64,000 bases of DNA from an uncultured Alphaproteobacteria bacterium (GCA_951801825.1 CATOOF010000001.1:200936-264935), one strand, 5' to 3'. Counted from the first letter of the stretch, positions 21,911 through 31,414 are shown. Notes: generated from the letters alone by a model not told the origin. Made by a program: numbers and translations.

Positions 21911-22734
21911 TACTCTTTATCAACCTTTGTTAGCAACTTTGCATTTTGACCCGTCACAACGGACTTCCCTGTTTCCTGTTCCAATGTCAACCGCGCCTGA
22001 CGTGCCACATTACCGCCACGCGATGCGACCTTCATAGTTTCCTTAAAACCCTGTGGATTTTCCTTTCTGGCGATTTCAGTTGTGGATAATTCCGCCAACA
22101 TATTCAAAACCAATTCAGCATTGCTCATATTGTCGCGTAAAGACTCCTTATACAGTCCCTTCATGCGCTTATAATCACGGGTTTTCATCCCAGACCATGC
22201 GCGCGTTATTTCATCCGTCAATAACGCATATTCCAATCCCTGCTTTACACCGGCCTTGTCCCATTCGTTTGTTAATTCCTTGCGGACTTCAATAGACTTT
22301 AAGCGTTGCGCCACCCATTCCGGCGAATGCCCCATACGTTGATAATAACGCAGGGCGCGTTGTATGGCGATTTCAGGGTCGGAGATTTCATCTATGCGCT
22401 GGCTACCAACACTGGCCAACCATAATTTAAAAGGTTCGGCCTTCTTAGACGGTATTGATTGAATAAGACGCAAAATCTGTTCAGTATCAGCAACATCAGT
22501 ACTATAAAATTTACCATCTGAAGATTTTAATTTCAGTTGTCCGATTTTTTCGGACAACTGACTACCTTCTTGATTTAACTGTTTTTTCAAATCACTCCAA
22601 TATTTACGAGGTCTGTCCGTACCGGTCAATGCCGCAATAACATCAACGACAGAAAAATACCACTTCTCAGCCTCTTCATCCCAAGTGGTTCTGATATTTT
22701 GGTTTTCAAACAGTTTTAAACTTGTATCCGCCAT
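21910..22734 (-). CDS. DinD-like / Bro-N domain protein, paralog 2
   Basis: 274 aa. N-terminal WYFSVVDVIAALTGTDRPRKYW. About 55-60% identical to paralog 1 over the core. Same size as E. coli DinD. Confidence 0.55.
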   Translation of the reverse strand: MADTSLKLFENQNIRTTWDEEAEKWYFSVVDVIAALTGTDRPRKYWSDLKKQLNQEGSQLSEKIGQLKLKSSDGKFYSTDVADTEQILRLIQSIPSKKAEPFKLWLASVGSQRIDEISDPEIAIQRALRYYQRMGHSPEWVAQRLKSIEVRKELTNEWDKAGVKQGLEYALLTDEITRAWSGMKTRDYKRMKGLYKESLRDNMSNAELVLNMLAELSTTEIARKENPQGFKETMKVASRGGNVARQARLTLEQETGKSVVTGQNAKLLTKVDKE

Positions 22735-22998
22735 GGCACGACCCCTTTCTTTATCAAATCCGCAAAAATCCGGGAATATTCCATTTTGGAAAACCCCAGT
22801 TGTAAAGAAATTCTTTACAACTTACCCCGACCCATAACCCGGACACTTTTTGCTATATATTTGCTATACGCGGCGTCTTTTGCTATGGATTTTCGTTTTT
22901 TGCTATTAACTTTTGTTAATTTTATGATATTCTACAATCCGCAGAAAATCAAGGAAAATTTAGAATTATTTATCGTAATTTATCACCTGACCCATTAA

Positions 22999-23035
22999 CT
23001 GAAGGTCTGTGGTTCAAATCCACACTCCGCAACCA
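22999..23035 (+). repeat. attR: a 37-bp copy of the tRNA-fMet 3' end
   Basis: Exact match to 14720-14756. Followed by a cccggcccgtccggg hairpin plus T-run, probably the original tRNA terminator. Confidence 0.8.
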
Positions 23036-23120
23036 GTTTCCCCCGGCCCGTCCGGGATTTTTTTATTTTTTATAAAGAATATTTGTTTATAATATGAATA
23101 TATTATAAACAGGTGGTTTT

Positions 23121-23474
23121 ATGAAAAAAATTCTTATTGTTTTGTCTTTTATTTGCGTGGGGGCATGCGAAAAACAACACCAATGTAATATTATAGGCAA
23201 ATGGACCGCGCCGGTGCCAACAATGCCTGAAATTTACCAGGGCATAGAATTTATGTCAAACGGCCGCGCATCATCTATAAATATGGCAACATTACAATAT
23301 AACGAATATAAAATATCCCCCGACTGTTTAACCATTACACTGGCCGGGCACAGTATAGGTAATGGCCAAACAATAAATTTTACTGAAAATTATAATATTG
23401 AATATTTAAGTCCTGAAAAAATAAAATTAACGCGTGACGACGGCTATGCCATTACATACACGCGTCAAAAATAA
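23121..23474 (+). CDS. Small lipoprotein (117 aa)
   Basis: Signal peptide with lipobox (LSFICVGAC). AT-rich. Directly abuts the ABC-F gene. Confidence 0.45.
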   Translation: MKKILIVLSFICVGACEKQHQCNIIGKWTAPVPTMPEIYQGIEFMSNGRASSINMATLQYNEYKISPDCLTITLAGHSIGNGQTINFTENYNIEYLSPEKIKLTRDDGYAITYTRQK

Positions 23475-23475
23475 T

Positions 23476-25089
23476 ATGAACGTAAAAAACTTATCTTTGT
23501 CGTTTGGCACCCAGGTTATATATGATGCGGCGGAATTCAACCTGGGGCCGCGGGACCATGCCGGCATTATTGGGGTAAACGGTGCCGGAAAATCAACACT
23601 GCTTAATATACTTTCCGGGCGCATCATGCCGGATACCGGCAAAATAGACACTGGGGGCGCCCGTATGGGTTATCTGCCCCAGATAATAGAAATAGATACC
23701 CCCGACATAACAGTATGGGAATTTTTATTATCCGGACGGCCGATTGCCAAATTAAACTCAGACCTGCAAGATTTATACATAAAACTGGCCGATGCCCCAG
23801 AAGATGAACAACTGGCAGATAAAATATCATATGTTCAGCATGAACTGGATTATTATGATGCATACGGTGCCGAAGATGCATTACTGGCGCTGATAGAAAA
23901 CATGGGCATCGGTTCTGAAATCTTAGACATGCGTCTGTGCGACCTGTCGGGGGGCCAAAAATCCAAGGTTGCGTTTACACGTCTGCTCTATTCCATGCCG
24001 GAAATAATGTTACTGGACGAGCCTACAAACCATCTTGACGCCGCAACGCGTGATTTTGTAACCAAATATCTGCAACGCTATCGCGGATGTATAATGGTAA
24101 TAAGCCACGACACAGGCTTTTTAAATGCGATCGCGAACAAAATAATCCACATAGACAAAACAACGCACAAGATATCGGTATTTGACGGCAACTATGATGC
24201 ATTCAAGCGCAAGGATGCGGCAATGCGCCATGCACGAAACGTACAAATAGCCGCACAAGACAGACTTATAAACAATCTGTCGGATTTTGTTTCCCGTGCA
24301 AACGCGGCCAGCCCCACAAATCATGCAATGAAAAAAGCGGGCCATACACGCGCGGCACTGTTACAGAAAATATTAGACAACAGGATACAGCGCGAACAAG
24401 CATATAAAAAAGTAAAAATGGATTTGTCGCCGCACCGCGTCGGCAGTCGCCACCCAATCAACATTGATGATTTGTGGTTCCGTTACCCGGGGGCGCGCCT
24501 GCTTTACAGAAAACTGTCGTTTATTATTGAGGGCGGCGAACGTTTTCTTATTGTCGGCGAAAACGGGGCCGGCAAATCTACGCTGTTAAAATTAATAATG
24601 GGTTCGTTAAGACCGGAACGCGGTCGGATTGACATAAATCCTAAAACAGATATCGCATATTACGCCCAGGAACTGGAACAATTAAATCCGCAAGATACCG
24701 TGTTACAGGCGGTATCGTCTGACGATTATACAGATGTTCAGCTACGCGCGGTATTGGGTAATTTTCTATTCACGGGAACAGATGTGTTTAAAAAGATATC
24801 TGTTTTGTCCCCCGGGGAACGGGCGCGCGTAGCACTGTGCCGGATAATACTAAAGCGTGCAAACATGCTGATACTGGACGAGCCTACAAATCACCTGGAC
24901 CCCGATACCCAGGCGGTAATCGGTGATAATTTTCGTGATTTTTCCGGCACAATAATAGTGGTCAGTCATAATCCATCTTTTGTGGAACAAATTGGAATAT
25001 CACGTATGCTGATACTGCCATCGGGCAGAATCGAAGACTATGACCATGAAAAATTGGAATATTACTACTCAATAAATTCCAACAAATAA
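23476..25089 (+). CDS. ABC-F family ATPase (two ABC domains, no TM domains)
   Basis: Two Walker A sites (GVNGAGKST, GENGAGKST) and two LSGGQ-like signatures (LSGGQKSKV, LSPGERARV). The likely start is MNVKNLSL at 23476. Confidence 0.8.
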   Translation: MNVKNLSLSFGTQVIYDAAEFNLGPRDHAGIIGVNGAGKSTLLNILSGRIMPDTGKIDTGGARMGYLPQIIEIDTPDITVWEFLLSGRPIAKLNSDLQDLYIKLADAPEDEQLADKISYVQHELDYYDAYGAEDALLALIENMGIGSEILDMRLCDLSGGQKSKVAFTRLLYSMPEIMLLDEPTNHLDAATRDFVTKYLQRYRGCIMVISHDTGFLNAIANKIIHIDKTTHKISVFDGNYDAFKRKDAAMRHARNVQIAAQDRLINNLSDFVSRANAASPTNHAMKKAGHTRAALLQKILDNRIQREQAYKKVKMDLSPHRVGSRHPINIDDLWFRYPGARLLYRKLSFIIEGGERFLIVGENGAGKSTLLKLIMGSLRPERGRIDINPKTDIAYYAQELEQLNPQDTVLQAVSSDDYTDVQLRAVLGNFLFTGTDVFKKISVLSPGERARVALCRIILKRANMLILDEPTNHLDPDTQAVIGDNFRDFSGTIIVVSHNPSFVEQIGISRMLILPSGRIEDYDHEKLEYYYSINSNK

Positions 25090-25145
25090 AAAAAGTATCC
25101 GATGATAACCACCGGATACTTAGAAACCTCGTCAGAAAAGCTGAC

Positions 25146-25280
25146 TTATTTTTTCTTAAAGCCCTGCTTTGCCTTGAACTTAGGATTATCAGGGTCAATC
25201 AAGATGACTTGCTTGCCACGGCGAATTTGTTTGATGTTACCGCGCTTTTTCCAAGCCTTTAAAGAGCTTAAAAATTTCAT
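25146..25280 (-). CDS. rpmJ: 50S ribosomal protein bL36 (alphaproteobacterial type)
   Basis: 44-aa minus-strand ORF that is below the ORF track's length cut-off and that I translated myself: MKFLSSLKAWKKRGNIKQIRRGKQVILIDPDNPKFKAKQGFKKK. Matches the bL36 pattern. A hairpin terminator follows at 25087-25115. Confidence 0.7.
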   Translation of the reverse strand: MKFLSSLKAWKKRGNIKQIRRGKQVILIDPDNPKFKAKQGFKKK

Positions 25281-25367
25281 ATCTAATCCTTTTTGTGATG
25301 CGATTATAAACGCTTTTTGTAAAAAATCAAATGATTATTAATATTTTTTGTTGTTTTTGTTGGGCCT

Positions 25368-25552
25368 GTTGAAATTGTTGAAAAAAGTTGTTTTGTTTTT
25401 ATCAACAGGTTTTCAACAATAAAATGCCGGTTTTTCGGGTTATTTGTGTGAAGTTGTTAAAAACGGCCGGTGTTAAATTAACAGTTGAAAAAATCATGGT
25501 TATCAACGTTTTTAACATAAAAAGCCCAAATCTTTTTATACTTGTTGAAAAA
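25368..25552. repeat. Cluster of at least 7 GTTGAAA / TTGTTGAAAAA direct and inverted repeats between rpmJ and virB3
   Basis: Read directly from the sequence: gttgaaattgttgaaaaaagttg, ttttcaacaat, gttgttaaaaac, cagttgaaaaaatc, tatcaacg and cttgttgaaaaatg. Confidence 0.5.
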
Positions 25553-25570
25553 TGTCGAAATTGTTATAAT
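25542..25570 (+). promoter_or_regulatory. Putative sigma70 promoter for virB3: -35 TTGTTG, 17-bp spacer, extended -10 TGTTATAAT
   Basis: A spacing-correct hexamer pair. A GGAGA ribosome-binding site lies 8 nt before the ATG at 25595. Confidence 0.4.
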
Positions 25571-25594
25571 TCCTTTGAAAGGAGAATGTAGGCA

Positions 25595-25891
25595 ATGAAA
25601 CAACAGGTTTTAAAGGCCTTGGCAAACCCGGCGCGCATATTTTATGTGCCGTATTCACTGGCTGTGATGAATTTCGTAATCCAGTTTTTGATATTCGTGA
25701 CGGTATTTACTGTCGTGATTGTTTTTACGCGCGGGAAAGTCGCAATAAATCCGATGTATTTTCTGTTGTCGCTGATCGGCGTTCACATGATTTTGGCCGT
25801 ATTTTCAAAACGGGAACCCCAGTTGGCACAAATAATTTCTGCCAAAATAAAATTATTAAAAGAAAAAATCCCGCGGAGGCTGGTTTCCTAA
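25595..25891 (+). CDS. virB3: Type IV secretion system protein VirB3
   Basis: 98 aa. N-terminal ALANPARIFYVPYSLAV (VirB3/TrbD signature) followed by two TM helices. Directly abuts virB4. Confidence 0.7.
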   Translation: MKQQVLKALANPARIFYVPYSLAVMNFVIQFLIFVTVFTVVIVFTRGKVAINPMYFLLSLIGVHMILAVFSKREPQLAQIISAKIKLLKEKIPRRLVS

Positions 25892-28309
25892 ATGAATAAT
25901 TTTTTCAACTATTTTGCCGGCGGTCAATTTCCCATGACGGTATTAATACTGGCGATGGCGGTAATTTTTGTGTTCATCGTTTTGATGATGTACATACCGG
26001 CGCTGTCCCGCCGTATTTTTCCCCAGTTCGGATACACGCATTATGCGCGTTATCTGCCGTTTAAAACAGTGTTCAGCGATAATTCGCTGGAACTTCGTGA
26101 CGGTGCGCTTACACGTGTTTGGCGTGTTGCGGGTATACAGACCGGCATCCAGGATGATGCGACGCGTGAAAAGTTTTTGGATTTGCGGTCATCGCTGTTC
26201 AACCAGATTCGCGAAGCGGGTGTCGTATTACGCTTTTTTACCGTACGTGATGCAAATCCAGAGCGTACGAATTACGAATTCTCGCAGCCTGTACTGCAAA
26301 AAATATATGACAAATGGCGCGGCCAGGGACTGCGTATTTATGAAAATAATTATTATATAATGCTGACGGTGCGGGGCAACGGTGCACGTGATAGACTGAA
26401 CCAGTACGGTAATTTGCTGGAATCTATTTTGGCCCCGTATAAGCCGACCGTGATGCGCAATGAAAGCCGTGAAAACATGGCGAAGTTTTTTGGGCGCATT
26501 CTGTCGCCAATAACAAAGCCCGAGCCGCTGACCTGTGATGGTGAAATTGCATCGGTTGCAACGGTTGATGATGTGGAATTTTTACCGGGCGGCCTGGTTC
26601 GCTATACCAGCGGTGATGCCCAGATGTTTGGTGCATTGTTATCGTTTAAGGCGTCTCCAGACTATCTGGACGAAGAATTTTATGACACCATTTCCACCAT
26701 ACAAACGGAAATGATATGCATGAATGCGGTTACCACGATGGGGGCGGCCGATGTTGACATTGCCCTGCGCCAGCGTCGCAACACCGCATCGGACGAAGAA
26801 GGCTCGGCCCATCAGCAGATTGCCCAGGCTGTCGGTGCGATGGATGAAAACATATCCGGCAATCAGAGTTTGGTTAATTACTATCCGTTGTTTATATTGT
26901 TTGGTGCAACCGAACAGGATGTTATGTCCAAAGTGGACGAGTTTAAGAAAATATCGGCTCAGTTTGGAATATCACCGGTTGTCGAAGATTTTGCATCAAA
27001 GGTTTCCTGGTTTGCACAAATTCCCGGGTTTGACGTTTTCCCGCGCAGTTTCAAGATGCTGTCAAAAACGGCGGCGGTAAGTATTCCGATGTCGTCGACA
27101 CCGCGTGGTGTTGCAAATTCCGACTGGGGTCCGGGCCCGCTGGTGGTGTTTCCCACGGCCCAGGGAACGCCCTATATGTTCCAGTTTCATGTGTCGGACA
27201 AGCCGGCGGCGGTTGCGCATACATTGACAATTGGTCCGACCGGCGGTGGTAAGACGACACTGTTCAGTTTTCTTATCGCCCAATCGTTGCGTTATCCCAA
27301 ATTAAAGGCGTTCTTTTTCGACCGCAACAAGGGTGCCGAGATATTTACACTGGCCGTTGGCGGGAAATATATAACCATGCAGGGCAAGGAAAAGAACACC
27401 GACCCGATGGAGCATACATTTCAAACGCATTTAAATCCGTTAAAAATGTCGGATACTGCGGCTAATCGTGCATTTTTGCGCAGATGGTTTGCAATTATTT
27501 CAAACCAGAACGACGCGTTTGCCGCCGACGAGATTGCCCGTGCTGTATCGGTTAATTTCGATTATCTGGCGCCGCGTGACCGTTTGCTTAAAAACCTGTG
27601 GGAAAGCTGTTTTTCATCATCGGGCAACATGCGCCCCGCGCTAAAGAAATGGATAGACCCCCTGCAGTACGGTCATATGTTTAACGAGGAATCTGACACG
27701 TTGGACCTGGCGTCGCGTCTGACGACGTTTGATTTCACAGAAATATTACAGGACGAGGTATTGGCCCCCGCGGTCATATCATATATCTTGCACAGAATAA
27801 ATACCACGACGGTTGCAGGTGGTAATCCGTCGTTAATCATGATTGACGAAACGGCGCCGATGCTTGAAAACAAAATGTTCCGCGAAAACTTTATCGCCGG
27901 CCTGCAGGAGGGACGTAAAAACCGCCAGGCATACATGGCGGCCTTCCAGCGTGCAAATGTTTTGGACAAGCTGGGGATTGGCGACGTCGTACGCGGCCAG
28001 GCCCAGACTGTTTTGTTCTTTCGCAATCCGGCGGCGGATGCAAACGATTACGCGCATTGGAATTTAAACCCGCTGGAAATGGCCTTTATCCAGGGCAAGG
28101 CGTATCCTAATTTAAAGCGTGCGGTATTGCTGTCGCGTCCGGTTACCGGCGAATCTGTTATTTTGAATACGGAACTGGGGGGGCTGGGCAATCTGTTGCG
28201 GCTGTTTGAATCGGGACGCTCTTCTGTATTACTGGCCGAAGAATTGTACAAGATGTACGGTACTAACTTTGTATCCGAATATCTAAAACGGCAAGGCGGC
28301 GATGTTTAG
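25892..28309 (+). CDS. virB4: Type IV secretion system ATPase VirB4
   Basis: 805 aa. Walker A TIGPTGGGKTT, Walker B IMIDE, and the N-terminal membrane-associated region typical of VirB4/TrbE. Confidence 0.85.
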   Translation: MNNFFNYFAGGQFPMTVLILAMAVIFVFIVLMMYIPALSRRIFPQFGYTHYARYLPFKTVFSDNSLELRDGALTRVWRVAGIQTGIQDDATREKFLDLRSSLFNQIREAGVVLRFFTVRDANPERTNYEFSQPVLQKIYDKWRGQGLRIYENNYYIMLTVRGNGARDRLNQYGNLLESILAPYKPTVMRNESRENMAKFFGRILSPITKPEPLTCDGEIASVATVDDVEFLPGGLVRYTSGDAQMFGALLSFKASPDYLDEEFYDTISTIQTEMICMNAVTTMGAADVDIALRQRRNTASDEEGSAHQQIAQAVGAMDENISGNQSLVNYYPLFILFGATEQDVMSKVDEFKKISAQFGISPVVEDFASKVSWFAQIPGFDVFPRSFKMLSKTAAVSIPMSSTPRGVANSDWGPGPLVVFPTAQGTPYMFQFHVSDKPAAVAHTLTIGPTGGGKTTLFSFLIAQSLRYPKLKAFFFDRNKGAEIFTLAVGGKYITMQGKEKNTDPMEHTFQTHLNPLKMSDTAANRAFLRRWFAIISNQNDAFAADEIARAVSVNFDYLAPRDRLLKNLWESCFSSSGNMRPALKKWIDPLQYGHMFNEESDTLDLASRLTTFDFTEILQDEVLAPAVISYILHRINTTTVAGGNPSLIMIDETAPMLENKMFRENFIAGLQEGRKNRQAYMAAFQRANVLDKLGIGDVVRGQAQTVLFFRNPAADANDYAHWNLNPLEMAFIQGKAYPNLKRAVLLSRPVTGESVILNTELGGLGNLLRLFESGRSSVLLAEELYKMYGTNFVSEYLKRQGGDV

Positions 28310-28919
28310 GTTTTTCGGAATCTGTTTACTGTTGTCCGTTTTTCCGGGTTTGGTTATTGCCGACCAGGACTGTATGTCGTACAAGGTTCGGCCACGGATA
28401 ACCGTTGCGACGCCCGCATGGACCAAACAGGTTGTTCAGCCGTTGCGTGAAATGGATTTGCTCCATGGCGACGTTATTGCAACATTGGTTGACAATTATG
28501 ACATAACAGGCGACGTAACAGGAATAGAGGACGGTTTTTGCGTGTCTTTGAAATCTGTTGCGGCAACTGTTGGTTATAACGATTTTCTGGTCCAGATAGA
28601 TATCCGTCATCGCCCCGACACATGTGCATACAATGCGGTTCTCTCGCACGAGGACCAGCATATTCGCGCATATCTGTCAATAATAGACGATTTTCAAACA
28701 GAACTGCACAACGCCATATATGCGGCGGCTGATTCAGTAATGCCTGTATTCGTCTCGGATGAAGAAGGCATAGACGGTGCGCTGGATTTGCTGAACCAAA
28801 AACTGCAGGAACATCCGGACGTTGTCTTGGTAAAACAGAAAATAAAGGCGGCCGAAGAAATACGAAACAAGAACGTGGATGCCGACGATGACGGCAGCCG
28901 CCTGAAACAATGCATGTAA
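28302..28919 (+). CDS. Secreted protein (205 aa) translationally coupled to virB4, occupying the VirB5/TrbJ position
   Basis: Signal peptide MFRFFGICLLLSVFPGLVIA. 5 Cys. Helical C-terminal half. The start overlaps the virB4 stop by 8 nt. Confidence 0.45.
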   Translation: MFRFFGICLLLSVFPGLVIADQDCMSYKVRPRITVATPAWTKQVVQPLREMDLLHGDVIATLVDNYDITGDVTGIEDGFCVSLKSVAATVGYNDFLVQIDIRHRPDTCAYNAVLSHEDQHIRAYLSIIDDFQTELHNAIYAAADSVMPVFVSDEEGIDGALDLLNQKLQEHPDVVLVKQKIKAAEEIRNKNVDADDDGSRLKQCM

Positions 28920-28971
28920 TGCCGGTTTTTTTATGGACTGGTGTTAAGAAAATATTCCTGTATCAGACGGG

Positions 28972-29640
28972 ATGGGGCAAATGAAAGACATATTAAAAAA
29001 GATTTTATTGTGGTTTTTCTCTGTTATAATTTGCGGCTGTTTGGTCGGTATTTTGGGTAACCGTGTATATTACGAGTATTTTGAAAAAACAAATTTGGCA
29101 TACGCCAAGGAAACATTCAGACTGGCCTACAAGGACAGTCAGCTGCGCAAAAATCTGAAAATAACAATCAACGGCAAAAACGTAAACGAATTATATATAA
29201 CGACTATATCGTTGGTAAACAACGGTAATGCAACGTTGTCGCGTCCTGATTTCAAGGCCGAAAGCGATCCGCTGCGTATAGAGGGCCGCCACATCGAAAG
29301 TGTTTTTGTTGATAAAATAAACACGACTGCGAATTCCCGCATTCGCCTGGTTAAGCGTCGCGGTGGCATGCGCATAAACTTCAAATGGATAAATCCGGGC
29401 GACAAAATAGTGTTAAAGGTTGTACACCAGCGGCCATCGGATAATATACGCATTCGCGGGTCTTTTCACGGAATATCACATATATCACGCCTGGATGATG
29501 ATTATAACAAGCTGGCCTATACGCGGCGTCATGTCGTGTGCACGGGTATTGTTTCGGTCATAGGAACAATTATGCTGATTGCGGCGGTAATTGGGGTATT
29601 GATGTTAATGCACCGCGTGCGAATTATTAAAACAAAGTAA
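28972..29640 (+). CDS. Membrane protein with N- and C-terminal TM helices flanking a soluble domain (222 aa)
   Basis: TM1 LLWFFSVIICGCLVGILG and TM2 VCTGIVSVIGTIMLIAAVIGVLMLM. Last gene of the virB3-virB4 operon. Confidence 0.4.
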   Translation: MGQMKDILKKILLWFFSVIICGCLVGILGNRVYYEYFEKTNLAYAKETFRLAYKDSQLRKNLKITINGKNVNELYITTISLVNNGNATLSRPDFKAESDPLRIEGRHIESVFVDKINTTANSRIRLVKRRGGMRINFKWINPGDKIVLKVVHQRPSDNIRIRGSFHGISHISRLDDDYNKLAYTRRHVVCTGIVSVIGTIMLIAAVIGVLMLMHRVRIIKTK

Positions 29641-30307
29641 AATTGTTAATAAATGCCTCGCGCAGGGCGCTGTTTACACCCGCGGTGTCCATTCCGCTCT
29701 CGCGCAGGTACTGCATTTGGTTTGGCGCCGGACGGTACAGTGATGCACTATGACCGGCTGTTTCCGGTACGGCGGATATATATTGTGACGGTTTGAATTC
29801 TATACGTGCGCCGTCATCTGCCATCGCGGAAAAAGAAATATCCGATATGCATTCGATGCAGTTTTTCTCTATAATTGCGGCCCCCGATAATTTGGATACG
29901 GATTTGGCCCCCGCCAACAAATTTGTCTGTATTAAAATACCGGTGTTTTCCGCACCGTGTTGCGCGTTGCAAACATATGTAATGTTATCGTTGTTTTCCA
30001 ATAATACATGACCACGGACAACGGAATTTTTCCCGGTGTTTTTGATAAAAATGTTTAAAAAAGCCGGTATTTTGTTTTTTACACGCACATCTAAAAACAC
30101 ATCCTGGTCTTCGGCGGAAATATTCAAATCCAGCCGGCATTCGCCGGCTATTTCGCCAACATATATTACATGTACCGGCAGATTGTGTTTTTTATCAATT
30201 ATATCGTCGTTTAATGTGGATAAATCGGGACAAAATTTGCCATCACGGTAAACAATGGTTTCCGCGGCAAAGGTTTTTATATTGAATTCATTCCACATGT
30301 ATGACAT
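29627..30307 (-). CDS. Short SufD/SufB-family Fe-S assembly protein homolog (C-terminal beta-helix core only)
   Basis: The C-terminal pattern NLLAGAKSVSKLSGAAIIEKNCIECISDISFSAMADDGARIEFKPSQ...HSASLYRP...QMQYLRESGMDTAGVNSALREAF matches the conserved SufB/SufD tail. No sufB or sufC adjacent. Confidence 0.45.
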   Translation of the reverse strand: MSYMWNEFNIKTFAAETIVYRDGKFCPDLSTLNDDIIDKKHNLPVHVIYVGEIAGECRLDLNISAEDQDVFLDVRVKNKIPAFLNIFIKNTGKNSVVRGHVLLENNDNITYVCNAQHGAENTGILIQTNLLAGAKSVSKLSGAAIIEKNCIECISDISFSAMADDGARIEFKPSQYISAVPETAGHSASLYRPAPNQMQYLRESGMDTAGVNSALREAFINNFTLF

Positions 30308-30334
30308 ATTAAGCGCATTATAAAGGATTTATTT

Positions 30335-31414
30335 ATGGGATTCAATTGTGGAATTGTTGGTTTGCCTAATGTCGGGAAATCGACGTTGTTTAATGCATTG
30401 ACGCAGAGTGCGGCCGCCGATGCGCAGAATTATCCATTTTGCACGATAGAGCCGAACACCGGCCGCGTTGTTGTGCCGGATGCAACACTGCATAATCTGG
30501 CGGGTGTATCTGGTGCGGCGCGCATCATACCGACGCAGTTAGAAATAGTGGATATTGCCGGCCTGGTAAAAGGTGCATCTGCGGGCGAGGGTCTGGGAAA
30601 CAAATTTTTGGGAAACATATTGTCTACCGATGCGATAATTCATGTTGTTCGCTGTTTTGAGAATGACGATATTGTCCATGTTGCGGGTCGCATCGATCCG
30701 TTGGCCGACATTGACACAATAGAAACGGAATTAATGCTGGCCGATATGGAAAGTTTGGACAAGCAGATAAAAAATCTTGAAAAAAAGGCGCGCGGCCTGG
30801 ACAAGGATGCGGCCAAATTATTGTCTGATGCAAACGCTGTCCGTGCGGCATTGTCGGATGGAACGCCGGCGCGGCTGTCGGGTGTCGATGCGTCGCCGTT
30901 TAATCTGTTGACGGCAAAACCGGTTATATACGTGTGCAATGTTGACGAAGCGTCGGCCGCGACCGGAAATGAATTTTCCAACAAGGTGCGTGAAAAGTTT
31001 TCCGCAACAAATCCGGTATTGGTAATCTCGTCCAAGATAGAGATGGAGATTTCGCAGATAGTCGACCCGTCGGAACGCAAGATGTTTTTGGATGACCTGG
31101 GGCTGTCCGAATCGGGCCTGGACCAGGTTATAAAGACCGGTTATGCAACACTGGGGCTGCAGACGTTTTATACCATCGGCCCAAAAGAGGCGCATGCCTG
31201 GACAATTACGCGCGGCATGACCGCCCCCCAGGCGGCCGGTAAAATTCATACCGATTTTGAAAAGGGATTCATTCGGGCTGAAATTATATCACCGGCGGAT
31301 TACATTGCCCTCGGCGGCGAGGTTGCGGTCAAAGAAGCGGGCAAGATGCGTCTGGTCGGTCGCGACTATGTAATGGCGGACGGCGATATATGTCATTTCC
31401 TGTTTAATAATTAA
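30335..31414 (+). CDS. ychF: Ribosome-binding ATPase YchF (Obg-family GTPase)
   Basis: MGFNCGIVGLPNVGKSTLFNALT, a TGS domain and a C-terminal AGKIHTDFEKGFIRAE. Near-collinear with E. coli YchF. Confidence 0.9.
   Translation: MGFNCGIVGLPNVGKSTLFNALTQSAAADAQNYPFCTIEPNTGRVVVPDATLHNLAGVSGAARIIPTQLEIVDIAGLVKGASAGEGLGNKFLGNILSTDAIIHVVRCFENDDIVHVAGRIDPLADIDTIETELMLADMESLDKQIKNLEKKARGLDKDAAKLLSDANAVRAALSDGTPARLSGVDASPFNLLTAKPVIYVCNVDEASAATGNEFSNKVREKFSATNPVLVISSKIEMEISQIVDPSERKMFLDDLGLSESGLDQVIKTGYATLGLQTFYTIGPKEAHAWTITRGMTAPQAAGKIHTDFEKGFIRAEIISPADYIALGGEVAVKEAGKMRLVGRDYVMADGDICHFLFNN

Noticed and set aside
25102-25341. 79-aa plus-strand ORF and a 78-aa minus-strand ORF near 25100-25340
   Set aside because: A minus-strand 44-codon bL36 (rpmJ) gene with a near-canonical sequence occupies 25146-25280. 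The longer ORFs have no motifs.
25368-25552. Possible CRISPR array suggested by the repeated GTTGAAA units
   Set aside because: The units are only 7-11 nt, irregularly spaced and occur in both orientations. There are no cas genes. They are better read as regulator binding sites.
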